NCBI RefSeq assembly: GCF_009914755.1
Contig: NC_060930.1
Length of the DNA: 64,000 nucleotides
Direction: 5' to 3' (one strand)
Source: the human T2T-CHM13v2.0 reference genome, Homo sapiens
Shown: piece by piece, positions 61,130 through 64,000 of the stretch
Numbering within the stretch: the stretch's first letter is position 1
How the letters are laid out: each line of letters starts with the position of its first letter
Program-made: the position numbers and the translations under genes
The notes under the pieces: generated by a model
Databases searched by the model: none
What the model saw: only the letters and a program-made list of their open reading frames with translations
What the model was told of the DNA's origin: nothing

Positions 61130-61350
61130 ATTTGCTACCATTTCAAATGCTTATTTGTTCCAGGCACAATGCCAAGTGTCTTATATGCGTCGTTTGATTT
61201 AGTCCTCACAACAACCCTCATAACTCTTATCCTCATTTTCATGCTGCAGAAGGCTAGAAATAAAAAGACAAAGTTCTGGGTAACAGAGCTAGTAAGTAGC
61301 CAGGCAGCTTCTTACTAAATCCAGGTCCTGAGTTCTCAACCACTTTATAG
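61130..61350 (-). mobile_element. MIR SINE
   Basis: ccaggcacaatgccaagtg..tttagtcctcacaacaaccc..gctagtaagtagc. Confidence 0.7.
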
Positions 61351-61399
61351 GCCCTAACTATACAGATAGTCTGTGCATATTTTAACATATATGTATCTC

Positions 61400-62120
61400 C
61401 TCATACATATGAAAGAGTTGCAAATCAGCAGAGATTTCCCATACACTCTTCACCCAGCTTCCCCTAATGTCAACAGACTGCATAACAATTGCACAATTAT
61501 AAAAACTAATAAATAAACATTATTACAATTCTATTAACTAAACCATAGATGTTATTTGAATTTCATCTGTTTTCCTATTGCACTTTTTCTGTTTCAGGAT
61601 CTAGCCCAGTCCCTCATGTCTCATTTAGTTTTCTATCTCCTTAATGTCCTACAATCTGAGATACTGACTCCGTCTTCCTTCGTCCTTCATGATGCTGACA
61701 CTTGGAGTAGCACTGGTCAGGTAGTTTCTACATTGTCCTTTGATTTGGGTTTATCTAATGTTTTTTTATGCTCAAGTTGAGTTTATACAACGTTGACAAG
61801 TGTAATAAAGAAGTGATATTGTGTTCTCCTCAGTGGATTATATCAACGGGTAGCTCATTCTTTTTAACAACTGCAAATGTTACATTACATGAAAGTCCAC
61901 GGATGGGCACTGAAATTTGTCTTTTTTCTTTTTATAAATACTAAGAATGATGTGGCAATAAATACTGTCATAAATATACAGTGTCTCACATGCATGAGTA
62001 TATCTGTAAGACAAATCCCTAAAAGTAGAATTTCTGGACCAGAGTAGAATTTCGGGGCCTACAGACAGCTCAGCTATTAACAAACTGGTCTTCATAAAGT
62101 TAGTACCAGTTTACAGTTTT
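61400..62120 (-). mobile_element. L1MC/ME 3' fragments
   Basis: ttcacccagcttcccctaatg..ctattaactaaac motif of antisense L1MC 3' ends. Confidence 0.7.
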
Positions 62121-62149
62121 TTCAGTAATTCTTTCTTTCCCTATTTTTG

Positions 62150-62345
62150 AATAATCCATCCCTTCCCCCTGACTTAATATGTGGCTATTATCTTACTTAT
62201 AGTACAATAACTTGCACATACTTTATCTTCCTTAATATATTGTCAACCTATTGGAGACCAAATTTGTGTCTCTCAGTAATTCGAAAACAACATATTCCAC
62301 ATCAGAAGAGCTCAGTAAATATTCATTAAACGAATGAATAAACAA
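62150..62345 (+). mobile_element. L2 3' terminus
   Basis: gctcagtaaatattcattaaacgaatgaataaa. Confidence 0.5.
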
Positions 62346-63109
62346 GGTCAGCACTAGACCTTCAATATCCTTTGCCCTAGGTACTAGATCACAGGTGAAC
62401 TGCTGTTTCTAAATAAACAATGGTCAAAATATGCAATGAGAATTTGTGTCGAAAATGTAAAGAATTGCCTAGGTAACACTTAACCAGGCAGCCATCATTA
62501 AACAAATCATTAATATTATCAAATAACTGAGCATCAGGGTTTCTATGGGACTTAACACAACTTTTCCTATAGAGTTTATATATTTGAGCCTTGTTTTGGA
62601 GGGGAGGGAGAAGGTTAGGGAAGGTGGAACTGGTCCCAGCAGCTAAAAATACATTTTATATAGCTTTTCACTGTAATAAAGTGATATATGTAGAAATAAA
62701 ATTTAATAAACCACAGCCAGGTTTCACACAGTAAAGAATAAAAGCATCCAGCTGGTGACACTTTTAAATAATATTTTTCTTACCAGTAGTTGAGGGGATT
62801 GTTCAAAGCAGGTAAGTTATTGTCTCTTAGAATTCTCTCTTGAGTTATCTGTCCTTAATGTGCATCATTTGGGAAGATTAAGATTTAATATTCAGAACTA
62901 CCTGCTAAGGCAGAATTCTCATTAAACCCAAACCTGTTCACTACAAAGCTACCACACTGCAAAGATTGCTTGAGAAGGCAGCAGTTTTCTCTCGGGTATG
63001 TTCTCAGCCTCACAGCAACTCTACAGTCCTTGAAGGATGATGAGCTGAGCTTTTTCCTTAGAGCACAGAGCAGAATTATTATGGATACCTAAGCCCTTTA
63101 AATACCTTA

Positions 63110-63400
<291 letters not shown>

Positions 63401-63616
63401 AAAACACACAGGAAAAAAATGAAAAGAAAAACAAAAGGAGGAGACTAGAGGAGGGGGATTAGGAGAAGCCTAATTAAAGATAATATAAAATTATAAAATT
63501 ACACATCATTGTTTTCATTTCCCCCAAAAAAGCTCTTTTTGTTTAAGACTCATTCCAAAAGAAAGGACCTATAAATAGCTTGTCCAGGAATATCACCACA
63601 AAGAAGAAACATATCA

Positions 63617-63617
<1 letters not shown>

Positions 63618-63653
<36 letters not shown>

Positions 63654-63666
63654 TATTATTATTATT
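63618..63666. repeat. (ATT)n microsatellite
   Basis: Directly visible, one interruption. Confidence 0.95.
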
Positions 63667-64000
63667 GTTTCCACGTAAGAATCTTGTCTTAGAAACTTCA
63701 AAATTATGACTGCAAATGTCTTCCAATGTCTTAAAAGCAATATTTTTAATTGTAATGTAGTTTTTGTTATTAATGCTACTGTTTTATTGTGGAAAATAAA
63801 TTGTTAAACTAAAGTTCCCTAATCATCTTTAAAAAGAAAACAGAGAAGGGCTCTCAGCAGTAGTTTTGGCTTGATATTGAGCTTTTATCATATTTTCATC
63901 TATTTCCCAAAGGCTATAATTAAGTTCAATTATAATCTATTTTTGGAAGCCTGTCACTCTCATATTTTTAATCTCCTTTAAATCTGAGGTAGCCTGAGCA

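Overview
Repeat-rich primate (most likely human or great-ape) nuclear DNA, intergenic or deep intronic. I can support no intact host protein-coding gene, RNA gene or CRISPR array. The longer ORFs map to L1, Alu or LTR sequence, and the rest are short and unrecognised. More than half the window is transposable elements, often nested. A full-length L1PB4-type element (22.9-37.2 kb) carries an ERV1 solo LTR, a younger L1PA, an AluY and an L1PA15/16-type L1. A MER21-type LTR (37.7-42.5 kb) carries a full-length THE1 provirus and another L1PA. The most interesting signals are retrotransposition and repair scars visible in the sequence: (1) an L1PA insertion with both a 5' inversion and a ~380 bp 3' transduction (26737-28195); (2) a TSD-flanked, polyadenylated retrocopy of an mRNA 3' UTR that I recall as EIF4B, apparently 5'-inverted (19178-20102); (3) a 38 bp copy of a unique L1 inversion junction 2.1 kb downstream (42558-42595); (4) a locally templated inverted duplication inside the L1PB4 (28483-28648). 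More speculatively, there are minus-strand exon-like segments and LTR-borne DUX4 motifs. Subfamily names come from remembered consensus sequences, not a database search, and boundaries of old elements are approximate. I found no evidence of a new multi-gene system.
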